IMG/VR virus record: IMGVR_UViG_3300021077_000115
Span: 110,064 to 174,063 of that record
Reading direction: 5' to 3' (one strand)
From: a virus
Length of the DNA: 64,000 bases
Below, piece after piece: positions 1 to 8,456 of the stretch. The notes under the pieces were generated by a model that had not been told where the DNA came from, did not search any database, and saw only the letters and a program-made list of their open reading frames with translations. Positions within the stretch are counted from its first letter, which is position 1. Each line of letters begins with the position of its first letter. Position numbers and translations under genes: made by a program.

Positions 1-211
1 CCACTGAATGAGACCATGCGTCAAATCATACGGTGAAACTCCAACCCGAACCTTATCACCAGGCATTACCTGGATGTGCATTTGCCTCATCTTTCCGCAG
101 AGAGTAGCTCTTATAGGAGTTCCACCACCAGCAGGTTCGATTGCGTATTGGCCACCACCCAATGCATCGGTTACCTTGCCCTCAACCTCAACCAAACTTT
201 CCTTCGGCATT
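1..211 (-). CDS. infA: Translation initiation factor IF-1 homologue (3' end runs off window; not in ORF track)
   Basis: Reverse-strand translation from ATG at 209-211: MPKESLVEVEGKVTDALGGGQYAIEPAGGGTPIRATLCGKMRQMHIQVMPGDKVRVGVSPYDLTHGLIQW. GKMR, GDKV and SPYDL motifs of the S1-like IF-1 fold, about 70 of about 72 aa. AAAGGA RBS lies 8 nt upstream. Confidence 0.7.
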
Positions 212-221
212 ATCAAATCCT

Positions 222-479
222 TTACTTCAAATCTTCTAACATTCTCAACTCACCACTCTCAACTACGTTTCCTCTTCGTAGTTGATGAGCTACCTCAGCG
301 AAGCAATTGGCCCTATCAAACTCACCCTCCCTCCTGGCATGCATTGCATCGGCATCAAGCATCGATGCAAAGGCATTGAGGATCTGCTGTCGCTCTTCAG
401 GAGGGCAATCGTCACCAACCAATGTTCGTTCAGCTTTACCAATCATGACCGTCTCGATTGCTTCCGGGCCAACGACCAA
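222..479 (-). CDS. hypothetical protein (start may be ATG at ~443, MIGKAERTL)
   Basis: 85-aa ORF with protein-like composition, directly upstream of the infA-like gene. Confidence 0.4.
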   Translation of the reverse strand: MVVGPEAIETVMIGKAERTLVGDDCPPEERQQILNAFASMLDADAMHARREGEFDRANCFAEVAHQLRRGNVVESGELRMLEDLK

Positions 480-561
480 TACTCACGCTGCCATATGTAA
501 ACATTACCGACAGATAAAAACCGCACCCAACCAATTATGTTTCTAATTTCCTTGAAAATAT

Positions 562-753
562 TCATGATCTTCCTCCATACACCAAATAATGGGCTGGTTG
601 TTTTCCAGTTGTGACATTTGTTATGGCCGCATCAATCACTGATCGATTAGCCCTGATGAATTTGCGCTTTGAACTTCGGCTGGAACTCCACATCCTATAG
701 AGGCCTTCATCATTGTCAATCCAATTCTCTCGCTCTCTATCGTTCATATCCAA
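562..753 (-). CDS. hypothetical small protein
   Basis: 63-aa ORF, same strand as its neighbours. Confidence 0.3.
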   Translation of the reverse strand: MDMNDRERENWIDNDEGLYRMWSSSRSSKRKFIRANRSVIDAAITNVTTGKQPAHYLVYGGRS

Positions 754-840
754 GTCCTCGGTTTCACTTGTTTATCTGTAATACGAATAAACCAGTTTTA
801 TCTGTATGGCAAATAATTTGCGAATGTAGTTAGATGTAGG

Positions 841-1098
841 TTACTGAGCGCAGGTCTTTGTATCGCGGCAGTATATAGCGGAGGGACAGATCGTGTAGCT
901 GACCTCCATCATGGTTTGGCAATCGGCTTTGGCGACGGTCGGCCCATCGCAAAGTGAAATGACCTGGCCGTTGTCGTCAGTATAGTCTGTGCATTCGGTT
1001 GACGAATCCTTGACGGGCGTACTCTGTCCAGAAGGTGCTGAGCTGCAAGCCAGGATTATCAAAAATACAAACCCTAAACGTAATCGAATTGATGTCAT
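841..1098 (-). CDS. small lipoprotein, Cys-containing
   Basis: N-terminus MTSIRLRLGFVFLIILACSS carries an ILAC lipobox. Confidence 0.5.
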   Translation of the reverse strand: MTSIRLRLGFVFLIILACSSAPSGQSTPVKDSSTECTDYTDDNGQVISLCDGPTVAKADCQTMMEVSYTICPSAIYCRDTKTCAQ

Positions 1099-1373
1099 GT
1101 GCTATCACCGATTTTGATTGAGGTCTCATGAGTCAACAATTCAATTGCATCGAGCAATTGTCCTGGTCTCCGAAGGGCACATCCCCTTCTTAGAAGAACT
1201 AGGTTGGTTGGATTGTCTCCACCCATCATCATTAGCGCTTCCAGTAAGTACCTGGCCGCGTAGGAACCTTTTAACTCATCTAGGATGGCACATAGCCTGA
1301 CTGATTTATCAGTCCACGTCTTGGACTCATCCCTCAGCAGTTCCACAATCTTTACTTTGGCAACATCACTCAT
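1095..1373 (-). CDS. hypothetical protein
   Basis: 92-aa ORF; its start overlaps the next gene's stop. Confidence 0.45.
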   Translation of the reverse strand: MSDVAKVKIVELLRDESKTWTDKSVRLCAILDELKGSYAARYLLEALMMMGGDNPTNLVLLRRGCALRRPGQLLDAIELLTHETSIKIGDST

Positions 1374-1385
1374 TTGGTATGATCC

Positions 1386-2066
1386 TTAGGTGCAGGTTCC
1401 AGCGGTAAGTGCCGTGTGCCCAGTACATGTCCCCGCGTTGCAAGTTCCGTTACTAAAACAAGAACAACCAACCGTGCCAGAAGGACATGGCTTTGCGCTG
1501 CACATTGCCAAATTGCCAACCGGAACTTGTGTGTTGCAGATGTTCGTACCATTGCATATGTTATCAAGACAACATGGTTGATTTACGCCGCCACAAGCCA
1601 AGCAGACATTGAAGTTAGCCGAACCAATCACCGTGTTGCAAATGGTTGTTTTGATATCTTGGCATTCCCCAAGACAACATGGCTGCCCAAGCGTTGCATA
1701 AGCAATAGAACAGTCAGTTGTTATCGAGGTAGAGTTGCTACCACCACCTATATTTGCAGATCCGCCATTGGGGACTGCTCCGCCGGTACTGACACTGCCG
1801 CCAGTTGCCGAGATACCCACAGTGCCGCCAGTGCTGCCAGTAGGCTGATCCCCTCCAGTAGCTGAGCTAGCAACAGAGGTTCCTTTCGAACCTCCTGTAA
1901 CATTAGAGGCGGTCGTTGTTGTGTCGCTTCCGCCTGCACTCACGCTTGTTCCTACTCCTGAACTGCCACCAGTTTCTGTTACATCAGAACTGGTTACCGT
2001 TGTGCTGCTGCAAGCAGCAATGATTGCTAAAATAATCAATGAAAATAATCTTTGTATCGTTGTCAT
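1386..2066 (-). CDS. Cys-rich secreted lipoprotein with S/T/G-rich linker
   Basis: Lipobox IAAC in MTTIQRLFSLIILAIIAAC. Long Ser/Thr/Gly-rich region, then a repeated QPCC...C...C cysteine module. Confidence 0.6.
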   Translation of the reverse strand: MTTIQRLFSLIILAIIAACSSTTVTSSDVTETGGSSGVGTSVSAGGSDTTTTASNVTGGSKGTSVASSATGGDQPTGSTGGTVGISATGGSVSTGGAVPNGGSANIGGGSNSTSITTDCSIAYATLGQPCCLGECQDIKTTICNTVIGSANFNVCLACGGVNQPCCLDNICNGTNICNTQVPVGNLAMCSAKPCPSGTVGCSCFSNGTCNAGTCTGHTALTAGTCT

Positions 2067-2070
2067 TTGT

Positions 2071-2535
2071 TCACCAGGGATTTGCTAGGTAATATTCACG
2101 AACTTCATCAATGGTCACGTCGTTATCGCAACCAACGAATTGGCGAATTGGTTTAGATCTTGCCGGAATCTTGACACCTTTATTGGTGCGCTCATCAATT
2201 GTACTGCAGTGATGATATTGAACATCATCGCTACCAGCATCAGCGATACCTTGTCGTATCTTTTCTTCAATCTCCTCGACCTCAGCTGAAGATAGATCGC
2301 TAGAGGTTACGAAATTAGTTGCTGCAAGGTGAAGCGCGTATGATGGCGTAATCTCGCAACAATTAGTTACCGAATTATGATCGAATACGTAGGTAGAAAT
2401 GATCTTTGCATCCGGCCCAATCGAAGCTAAGAATTCCTTGTTCCAATGCTCCGTTTCGTCAATCTTAATCAAGTGATAATCAGGCTTTACCACAAGCCCT
2501 CCTGTTTTGTTTGCGCCATTTAAGGTATTCAGCAT
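2071..2535 (-). CDS. hypothetical protein
   Basis: 154-aa ORF; its 5' end overlaps 2480..2755 by 56 nt, so the start is uncertain. Confidence 0.45.
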   Translation of the reverse strand: MLNTLNGANKTGGLVVKPDYHLIKIDETEHWNKEFLASIGPDAKIISTYVFDHNSVTNCCEITPSYALHLAATNFVTSSDLSSAEVEEIEEKIRQGIADAGSDDVQYHHCSTIDERTNKGVKIPARSKPIRQFVGCDNDVTIDEVREYYLANPW

Positions 2536-2755
2536 TCAATTCGGCCGCGTTTTCTAACACCGTAATCTGCTTGTAACCTCTATTGATAAGACCCCGCCAA
2601 AGTTCGAGCCAACCAGAGCCAGATAACTCAATACTTTGGCCTTCAACAGAAACACCAACAACATCATCTCTGACGATTGATGACTCCAAACACCGCTCAC
2701 CAAGTTGGTATTTACCCAACGTAGTGAATGGGTTTATAGGTTTGATGTTTTTCAT
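2480..2755 (-). CDS. hypothetical protein
   Basis: 91-aa ORF. Confidence 0.4.
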   Translation of the reverse strand: MKNIKPINPFTTLGKYQLGERCLESSIVRDDVVGVSVEGQSIELSGSGWLELWRGLINRGYKQITVLENAAELNAEYLKWRKQNRRACGKA

Positions 2756-2958
2756 TTGCTAACCACCGTACAAGCCATCATACAATCAGAATCTATTTTC
2801 ATACAGCCAGGGTCTGTGCCGTACTTCGATACACAATTGTTCAATTGCTTGCTACAACTGTCATGACAGGAGACAACCGCACTCAGCTCTGGTCGGCTAC
2901 TACAGCTTATTGTTGTTACCAAAAGAGTTATACAAAACAATGTGGATTTCATTCCCAT
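2752..2958 (-). CDS. small Cys-rich lipoprotein
   Basis: MGMKSTLFCITLLVTTISCSS with a TISC lipobox; six Cys in the mature part. Confidence 0.5.
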   Translation of the reverse strand: MGMKSTLFCITLLVTTISCSSRPELSAVVSCHDSCSKQLNNCVSKYGTDPGCMKIDSDCMMACTVVSK

Positions 2959-3172
2959 CGCCTTTCCAAATAGCTACATACCTTGAGAACCATACCACGC
3001 AAGTCTTGAACTAACATCACTAGCGCAGCGTTCTCTTGTTTGAGAAGGGTATTCTCCTTTTTTAGACTCTCAAGCTCTTCTCTTGAACCGCCAATATTTC
3101 TATACATATAAATCCCCTAGAGGTTAGGGCTGGGGAGCAACACCACGAAAACTCCCCAGCCCTTTCCAAGTC

Positions 3173-3670
3173 TTAGCCACAGCCAGTAGTGAGGCCGTCC
3201 CAACAGTTGGCAAGTTCCTTGCCAACATAGACGCGGATTGTCCAACCTCGCGGGTCGCCTTGACGTTCTGCCTTCAGCCCAAGCTCTACTCCAATTTCCG
3301 CAACTCGCGCATCCATCTCGTTATCACGCTTGGTCTCGCGTTCACTCAACTCGCGATTGCAAGTATGTTCAGCCAGCAGCGAAGAGTATGGTCCCATGGC
3401 CCAGAGTTCCCGAGCCAATATCAAGGACTTTCCTCTTGGTATCTTGCTTGCAAGCTGAATTCTTCGAATGAAATCCTGGCGTGCAGTTAGCTTCTTTGTA
3501 GCCATTATCTCATTTTCCTTACTAAATACTGCTTTCTTACCGTCCAACTTAGCGTCTCGCTGACACTCTAGTTTTCTCATCCACGGATATTCTTTTGCCC
3601 TTGAATAAACAGGACTTCCCTCTTGCAACCCTCTGTAATAGTACGTAACTGGAACTCTTGCAATTGTCAT
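3173..3670 (-). CDS. hypothetical protein
   Basis: 165-aa ORF preceded by TTTTACCAAAGAAGATATATATC-ATG initiation motif. Confidence 0.55.
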   Translation of the reverse strand: MTIARVPVTYYYRGLQEGSPVYSRAKEYPWMRKLECQRDAKLDGKKAVFSKENEIMATKKLTARQDFIRRIQLASKIPRGKSLILARELWAMGPYSSLLAEHTCNRELSERETKRDNEMDARVAEIGVELGLKAERQGDPRGWTIRVYVGKELANCWDGLTTGCG

Positions 3671-3759
3671 GATATATATCTTCTTTGGTAAAAGAAAGAA
3701 GGTCGGAGAGTCAACACCACTAAAACTCTCCGACCTTCCAAGTCCATATCAATCGCAGC

Positions 3760-4020
3760 TTACCTTCGTTCTCTGCGGAACGTTACGCCAAGCTCTCTCT
3801 CAAGTATCTCACGAACCCTATAAAAGCAAACTCCGCAGCTATCAAGCACATCAGCTACTAGGTGCGGCTCATCGCTCATGCCATCTTCTTCGGATACAAG
3901 TTCAATCGTAGCCACGCCGCAGTTTGATTGATCTTCTATTGGGTCAATCTTACTTCCGCAGACGTCACAACTATGCGTGTGAATGCTGTGATCAACTTTG
4001 ATAATTTCTGTAGTCTTCAT
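3760..4020 (-). CDS. small zinc-ribbon protein
   Basis: CDVCGS...CGVC pairs; a GC-rich hairpin (4040-4070) sits upstream. Confidence 0.45.
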   Translation of the reverse strand: MKTTEIIKVDHSIHTHSCDVCGSKIDPIEDQSNCGVATIELVSEEDGMSDEPHLVADVLDSCGVCFYRVREILERELGVTFRRERR

Positions 4021-4075
4021 AACATAACCTATTAATTGCCGAAAGGGGCCGCCCTTTCAGGCAGCCCCCTCAGCA

Positions 4076-4327
4076 TCACTCATACATCGGCATCTCTTCA
4101 TCATCCCACTCGGGGATCTTGTCGTACACCAGCAAGTCAATGATCTGTTGCTCTTCCCAATGATCTGGGTGAATGTCCCATGCGCAGACCATATAGCCCT
4201 GGGCTAGCTTCAACAGCTGGTGTATATCGAAACGCTCAGCGAATGACTCACTGCCTGTACTGAATAAATTGTCCGCACGACGAAGTAATTCAATTCCCGT
4301 TACCTTCTGTGCATCTTTTAGTTTCAT
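4076..4327 (-). CDS. hypothetical protein
   Basis: 83-aa ORF. Confidence 0.4.
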   Translation of the reverse strand: MKLKDAQKVTGIELLRRADNLFSTGSESFAERFDIHQLLKLAQGYMVCAWDIHPDHWEEQQIIDLLVYDKIPEWDDEEMPMYE

Positions 4328-4908
4328 ACAATCTCCACAACCACCTCATCGTGGCCCAAGTCATAACCGGCCGCCTTGGCTAGAGAATTCTGCAAGCCCT
4401 TGCGCATCACGAATTTTCTTGACCGTAGCTCTTCCAAGCATCGCTCGTCACTAATTTCGCTGTAGTAGTCGGCCTCCAATAGCTTGTAGAATTCCTCGCA
4501 CAACCCAGAGCGCAAACGCTCAATATCATCACCGACACTGGCATTGTTGCCAGTATACGAAACCCTCCGTGTCATTGAGTGAACGTAGTGACGATCGTAG
4601 ACCTCTATCGAGCACTCCCACTTGTTCCTGGAGCGATATGTAATTCCAAGATGCCTGCAAACCTTCTTGAGGTCCACCTTGGCATCGAAGCAAGCACCAT
4701 CGCCTTGACTTGAGAACCCAGAGTACAAAACCTCAGGTTCCATGAACCCAATCTTCTCTAACTTCTCCTTGAACTCATCAACTAAAGGATCCGGTCGCCA
4801 TATCTCGGCAAGCGCTTCGCACTCTTCGCGAAGCAACTTCTCCTGGTAGGCTGTGGATAAATTATCGTAATCCAGAACCTCACAATCAATTATTACTCTC
4901 ATGTTCAC
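4324..4908 (-). CDS. hypothetical protein with YSGFSSQGDGACFDAKVD motif
   Basis: 194-aa ORF; the conserved-looking motif is not assignable to a family by eye. Confidence 0.5.
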   Translation of the reverse strand: MNMRVIIDCEVLDYDNLSTAYQEKLLREECEALAEIWRPDPLVDEFKEKLEKIGFMEPEVLYSGFSSQGDGACFDAKVDLKKVCRHLGITYRSRNKWECSIEVYDRHYVHSMTRRVSYTGNNASVGDDIERLRSGLCEEFYKLLEADYYSEISDERCLEELRSRKFVMRKGLQNSLAKAAGYDLGHDEVVVEIV

Positions 4909-5202
4909 TCATTTCAAATTGAAAAGAATTGCCGCACACACGCGAACCTTTTCTTCATGCTTCGGCTCAAAAGAAACAATAATTGCTTTTAACATAGCAA
5001 TGCCACGCGATTGATATTCTTTATCAATACCCCCACCAACAGGAATCTTTCCACCATTGAAAAATAAACCATTGACAATATCTGAATATTCTTTTTCATC
5101 AGCATAGCTCGGAAACTCAAAGCTCAACGCCTCTTTGAAAAAATCCTTTGGATATTCAAATAGACCACCAGATATTTTGGGAATGTTTAATTTGTTTGAC
5201 AT
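4909..5202 (-). CDS. hypothetical protein (weak SUKH/SMI1-KNR4-like pattern)
   Basis: Likely starts at MSNKLNIPK inside ORF 4909..5250; the NGG motif region resembles immunity-protein folds only weakly. Confidence 0.4.
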   Translation of the reverse strand: MSNKLNIPKISGGLFEYPKDFFKEALSFEFPSYADEKEYSDIVNGLFFNGGKIPVGGGIDKEYQSRGIAMLKAIIVSFEPKHEEKVRVCAAILFNLK

Positions 5203-5447
5203 AATCCACGCCTCATGTTCGCTTCCTTCTTCCAATGCGCAGCGGATCAAAGTACCACATCACTGCGCAAACAATGAATGCGAATACTAAATTCCTAATG
5301 TCCTCACCCGCCATCATCAACGGACTAGATCGTGTTGACAACTCCAAGGGGCATTCGGCTGATAACGTTATCCCTTGTTGCTATCGCTGCAATTCAGCAC
5401 CTTGAAATATCTATTGATGTTTTTATATTGAGGGGAGGTCGAGGGGC

Positions 5448-5726
5448 TCAGGCTGCGTATACTCGACGACCATTGATCTTGATTACCCCGGGCTCGTTGC
5501 CGCAGCGGATCGACTCGTACAGCCCCTCGACGTATTGGGTAGTGTCACACCCGAGATCGGAGCTGTCCACGGTATCAGCAGTGTCGTAGTCCATCAGCAA
5601 GCAGCTATTGAGCTCAGCGCGGCAAGTGTCGATCATCTCCACGATGCCATCGTCGCCCGCTTGGATCGCGTCGGCCTTGAGTGCGGAGATTTTGGATTCC
5701 ATTGAGTTTACCATTGAGTTTACCAT
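5448..5726 (-). CDS. hypothetical protein
   Basis: 92-aa ORF; its N-terminus lies in a 12-nt tandem duplication (MVNSMVNSM). Confidence 0.4.
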   Translation of the reverse strand: MVNSMVNSMESKISALKADAIQAGDDGIVEMIDTCRAELNSCLLMDYDTADTVDSSDLGCDTTQYVEGLYESIRCGNEPGVIKINGRRVYAA

Positions 5727-5760
5727 TGTCGCTTTCCGTCAGCTCGTTGCTGACACCCCT

Positions 5761-6006
5761 TTAGCCGGCCCCGACTTGACTCGGGTTCCGGCATTGGGTC
5801 CAGGACGACTTACCTGGCTTGAGTTTGGCAAACAAGTCCTGATCAACGTAGTCATCATCTTCAGGATGTTCATGGCCAGATACAATGTTGGTTTGATACC
5901 CTACCGCATGACACTTGCTGCATATCCACTCGAAGTTATGCGGCCTCGGTGGCTGCTGATAGTTTGGCTTTCCACTGAATACCTTGTGATGTAAACATGG
6001 TTCCAT
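5761..6006 (-). CDS. small Cys/His-rich protein
   Basis: 81 aa with C...C...H...H spacing. Confidence 0.35.
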   Translation of the reverse strand: MEPCLHHKVFSGKPNYQQPPRPHNFEWICSKCHAVGYQTNIVSGHEHPEDDDYVDQDLFAKLKPGKSSWTQCRNPSQVGAG

Positions 6007-6094
6007 AAAATTCTTCTTTCTGATTTTTGATTTATCGGCCGGCCTAATGCTTGTGAAAAATTAAGGGCAGCATGAAGCTGCCCTTCCCTCGGCA

Positions 6095-6760
6095 ACAGGA
6101 AAAGAAACCGACACAAAAATTTCTTCACCCGAGGTACGGGATCTGTACCTTACCCTGAGCCGTCGCGAGACGTGAGTCAACTAACGGGCTATGCCAGAGT
6201 CTTTGAAAAGAAAATGGCAGCACAACCAGGCGAGTTTTACCTCGGGTCTTCCTTTCGGATGCCATTCCTGATTGTGCCGCCAAACCCGCTTGAGTTATCA
6301 TTAGGCCGCCGAGCGCTATTTGGCGGGCTAGAGCAACAAAGCTCAACTCAAACTTGCTAAGGGTAGATTACGTTTCCGCCTTAGCCTCGCTCGGTTGGCC
6401 TCACCAACGCTGATCCTTTCGGGGTGACGTTGTGCTGTTCAACCGGAAGCTCCGCCTGGTCTGACGAAGCATTCTTAGCGACGGGCCAAGTTTTGAGAAA
6501 TACCCTTTGCACAAAGCTCAGAGCATCCCCGACCCACTTGGCTTAGCCGGACTTGGCAGTACATCCCAGTTAAGGGTAACCTCCTACGCACCAACGCGCA
6601 ACCGCTGTGGGAAACTAAGCACACGTATATTGCGGTACGTGGCTTATGGTGGATCTTTCACGATTCGAACGTGCCTCTCTGTTACGAGCGCTCACCAAGA
6701 ACCCTGACAGGTGCACGTGTCACCCTTGCAGATTCTCATCCTTTCGGATTGAGCTTAAGA
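6095..6760 (-). ncRNA. Unassigned large structured non-coding region (~650 nt) with tRNA-like 3' element and terminator
   Basis: No ORF of 60 codons or more is consistent with the neighbouring genes. Many short GC-rich helices (e.g. GTGGCGAAAGCCAC-type). On the minus strand a canonical T-loop lies near plus 6645-6675 (CACG-TTCGAAT-CGTG) followed by AAGATCC-A-CCA. A GGGCAGC-loop-GCTGCCC hairpin plus T-run at 6065-6095 sits at the minus-strand 3' side. Confidence 0.35.
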
Positions 6761-6770
6761 CCCTAAAATA

Positions 6771-7052
6771 TTATAATTGAGTATCTGGAAAACAATTATC
6801 ATTGATACAGTCAATGACAAGTTTTTGAATGCCTTTGAGTGCGTCATCACGATTCTTGTCTAGAAAGCTCAAGCTTGGGAGCTCAGCGCAGATTCCTACA
6901 AATTCCTGATCCTCTTCTGACCATGATACTTGATAGCTATAAACTGGTTCCGCTCCCAGAGCCTTCGCTACTAGTTGTGGGTCAACCAAACGCTCTGATT
7001 TAGACTCAGTAAAAACCTCTCGCTCGCTTGGCCCGGTTGTGACAATTTTCAT
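6771..7052 (-). CDS. HicB-like (UPF0150) antitoxin-family protein
   Basis: YSYQVSWSEEDQEFVGICAELPSLSFLDKNRDDALKGIQKLV matches the HicB N-terminal pattern (acidic residues, then hydrophobic-ELPG/S-x-S/T...EA/AL). No HicA partner was seen. Confidence 0.45.
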   Translation of the reverse strand: MKIVTTGPSEREVFTESKSERLVDPQLVAKALGAEPVYSYQVSWSEEDQEFVGICAELPSLSFLDKNRDDALKGIQKLVIDCINDNCFPDTQL

Positions 7053-7179
7053 TATAGCCTCTGTATAAAATTACAGTGTAGGTGGACCCGTTACAACTCG
7101 AACGTAACTCTCATTCGGTAGCTAACCGAAAGCGCTCTTCCCTGAGCCGAGGCCCGAAACATTCATGTAGGTAAGTGTG

Positions 7180-7527
7180 GGTGGAAGTGTTCGGAATCGA
7201 ACCGAAGTCTTGCGATCCTCTCTTATTTCCATCATTCACGTGCGTAGCCACTGTATCCCCAATGGCTGAGTTCGTCAATTCGGTGGACGACCTATTCACC
7301 TGTTTGTCTCGTAAGCAACTTCGGTAACCCAAGTTACTTACCAGCCTTTGTGGTTGGCAATCCTGACCGCTACCAAGACAATCTTGCGGAGGACCGGCCG
7401 TGCTACTTATTAGGCAGCTGCGGCGTATGCATTATCATTCGCATTTAGAACGCCTAATGTTTGGGTGTATTAGGACCACCTACACGCAGGAAATATTTCA
7501 GATCCCAATCGAAAACCTTTCACTCCC
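7180..7527 (-). ncRNA. ssrA: tmRNA (ssrA)
   Basis: Minus-strand 5' end GGGAGTGAAAGGTTTTCGATTGGGATCTG resembles E. coli GGGGCUGAUUCUGGAUUCGACGGGAU. Tag frame at revcomp 7442..7407 reads GCG AAT GAT AAT GCA TAC GCC GCA GCT GCC TAA TAA = ANDNAYAAAA** (cf. ANDENYALAA). 3' end has T-arm TTCGG-TTCGATT-CCGAA, then CACTTCC-A-CC, which pairs with the 5' GGGAGTG. Confidence 0.8.
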
Positions 7528-7699
7528 ATATTTAGAAACATAAGATAGCATAAGAAATTAAGATTCGCAAGGAGCCCCAGGTAAGTACCGGAATGGCTCG
7601 GAAGCCATTCGTGGCTTTCGCCACAGCCGCGTCAGTTCAGCCGTCCGCTGGGGAACATCCTTGCTTTGGGGGCGACCACCAGGAACCTTTCGGTTCCAG

Positions 7700-7772
7700 A
7701 GCTACTGAAAGGAATTGAACCTTCAACATCTTGATTACAGGTCAAGTGCTCTGCCAATTGAGCTACAGTAGC
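7700..7772 (-). tRNA. tRNA-Thr (anticodon UGU)
   Basis: Cloverleaf read by eye: acceptor GCTACTG/CAGTAGC, D-arm GCTC-AATTGGCA-GAGC, anticodon arm CTTGA-CCTGTAA-TCAAG (C33 unusual), 5-nt variable loop, T-arm GAAGG-TTCAATT-CCTTT, discriminator T, CCA not encoded. Confidence 0.75.
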
Positions 7773-7855
7773 ATGCGGAAGTCACCGGACTCACTACGAA
7801 GTGCAATGACTCCCAAGTCTATATTTAGTTATGCATTGACATATCTCGACACAAT

Positions 7856-8065
7856 TCAGTATCCTCCACCATCTCCAACCGGCAGGCCAACCGCCAACCT
7901 CAATGGATCAGGATAGAGCTGCTTGTGAGTTACAAGATCCTCAAGCGATAATGGATTGCGCTTCATCCGCCGCGTATCGCTGAACGCGTGCAGATACGCC
8001 CGATGCTCGGGCCCCAACTGGGGCGTTACCATGAACGCCCCATCAAACTTCGTGTCGTATCCCAT
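7856..8065 (-). CDS. hypothetical small protein
   Basis: 69-aa ORF; weak. Confidence 0.3.
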   Translation of the reverse strand: MGYDTKFDGAFMVTPQLGPEHRAYLHAFSDTRRMKRNPLSLEDLVTHKQLYPDPLRLAVGLPVGDGGGY

Positions 8066-8213
8066 CGAATTTATTCAGTTGTCAATGAGCGGAGGCCCAT
8101 GTTCAAGCCCCAGCAATTCCAAGACAGTATCAGGCTTTCGCCGGGCCGTCAAGAACGGCACCACAACCTCCGCTCAAAAACAACACCTTTCTTTGGTAAA
8201 AAGAAGTAGGGAA

Positions 8214-8456
8214 TTATCCTACATTGAACACTGGCTCGGTGCTCTTCATGCTCAGGGTCACTTCAGTTGGGATGGTAAGCCCGGTAGACCTAGAATAAGT
8301 GTAGTCGATTCTTCGACCTATGACAGTGCCGCGAAGCTTACCGCCATTGGCCGCCCACACTACCTCGTCACCAATGCCCGGAACAATCTCATCTCGACTG
8401 GAAGTTAATATTGTGTTGCATTCCTGACGATAATTGGAGTTGATTATGATTTTCAT
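8214..8456 (-). CDS. hypothetical protein
   Basis: 80-aa ORF. Confidence 0.4.
   Translation of the reverse strand: MKIIINSNYRQECNTILTSSRDEIVPGIGDEVVWAANGGKLRGTVIGRRIDYTYSRSTGLTIPTEVTLSMKSTEPVFNVG

Noticed and set aside
8-500. Plus-strand ORFs 8..379, 76..285, 282..500, 307..546
   Set aside because: Low-complexity, unnatural translations that overlap the well-supported minus-strand infA-like gene and its neighbour. They are shadow ORFs.
1390-1939. Plus and alternate-frame ORFs overlapping the Cys-rich lipoprotein (1390..1581, 1416..1865, 1748..1939)
   Set aside because: They lie opposite or out of frame to a gene with a clear lipobox and repeat structure.
6095-6760. RNase P RNA identity for the large ncRNA
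   Set aside because: Fragments resemble P4/CR-IV (AAGTCCGG, GGTAAAACTCGCC), but the 3' P4 partner and CR-II/III consensus could not be matched and the spacing is wrong. Left as unassigned.
7380-7480. Second tRNA inside the tmRNA region (GGACCACCTACACG)
   Set aside because: This lies within the tmRNA body (pseudoknot region), not in a separate cloverleaf.
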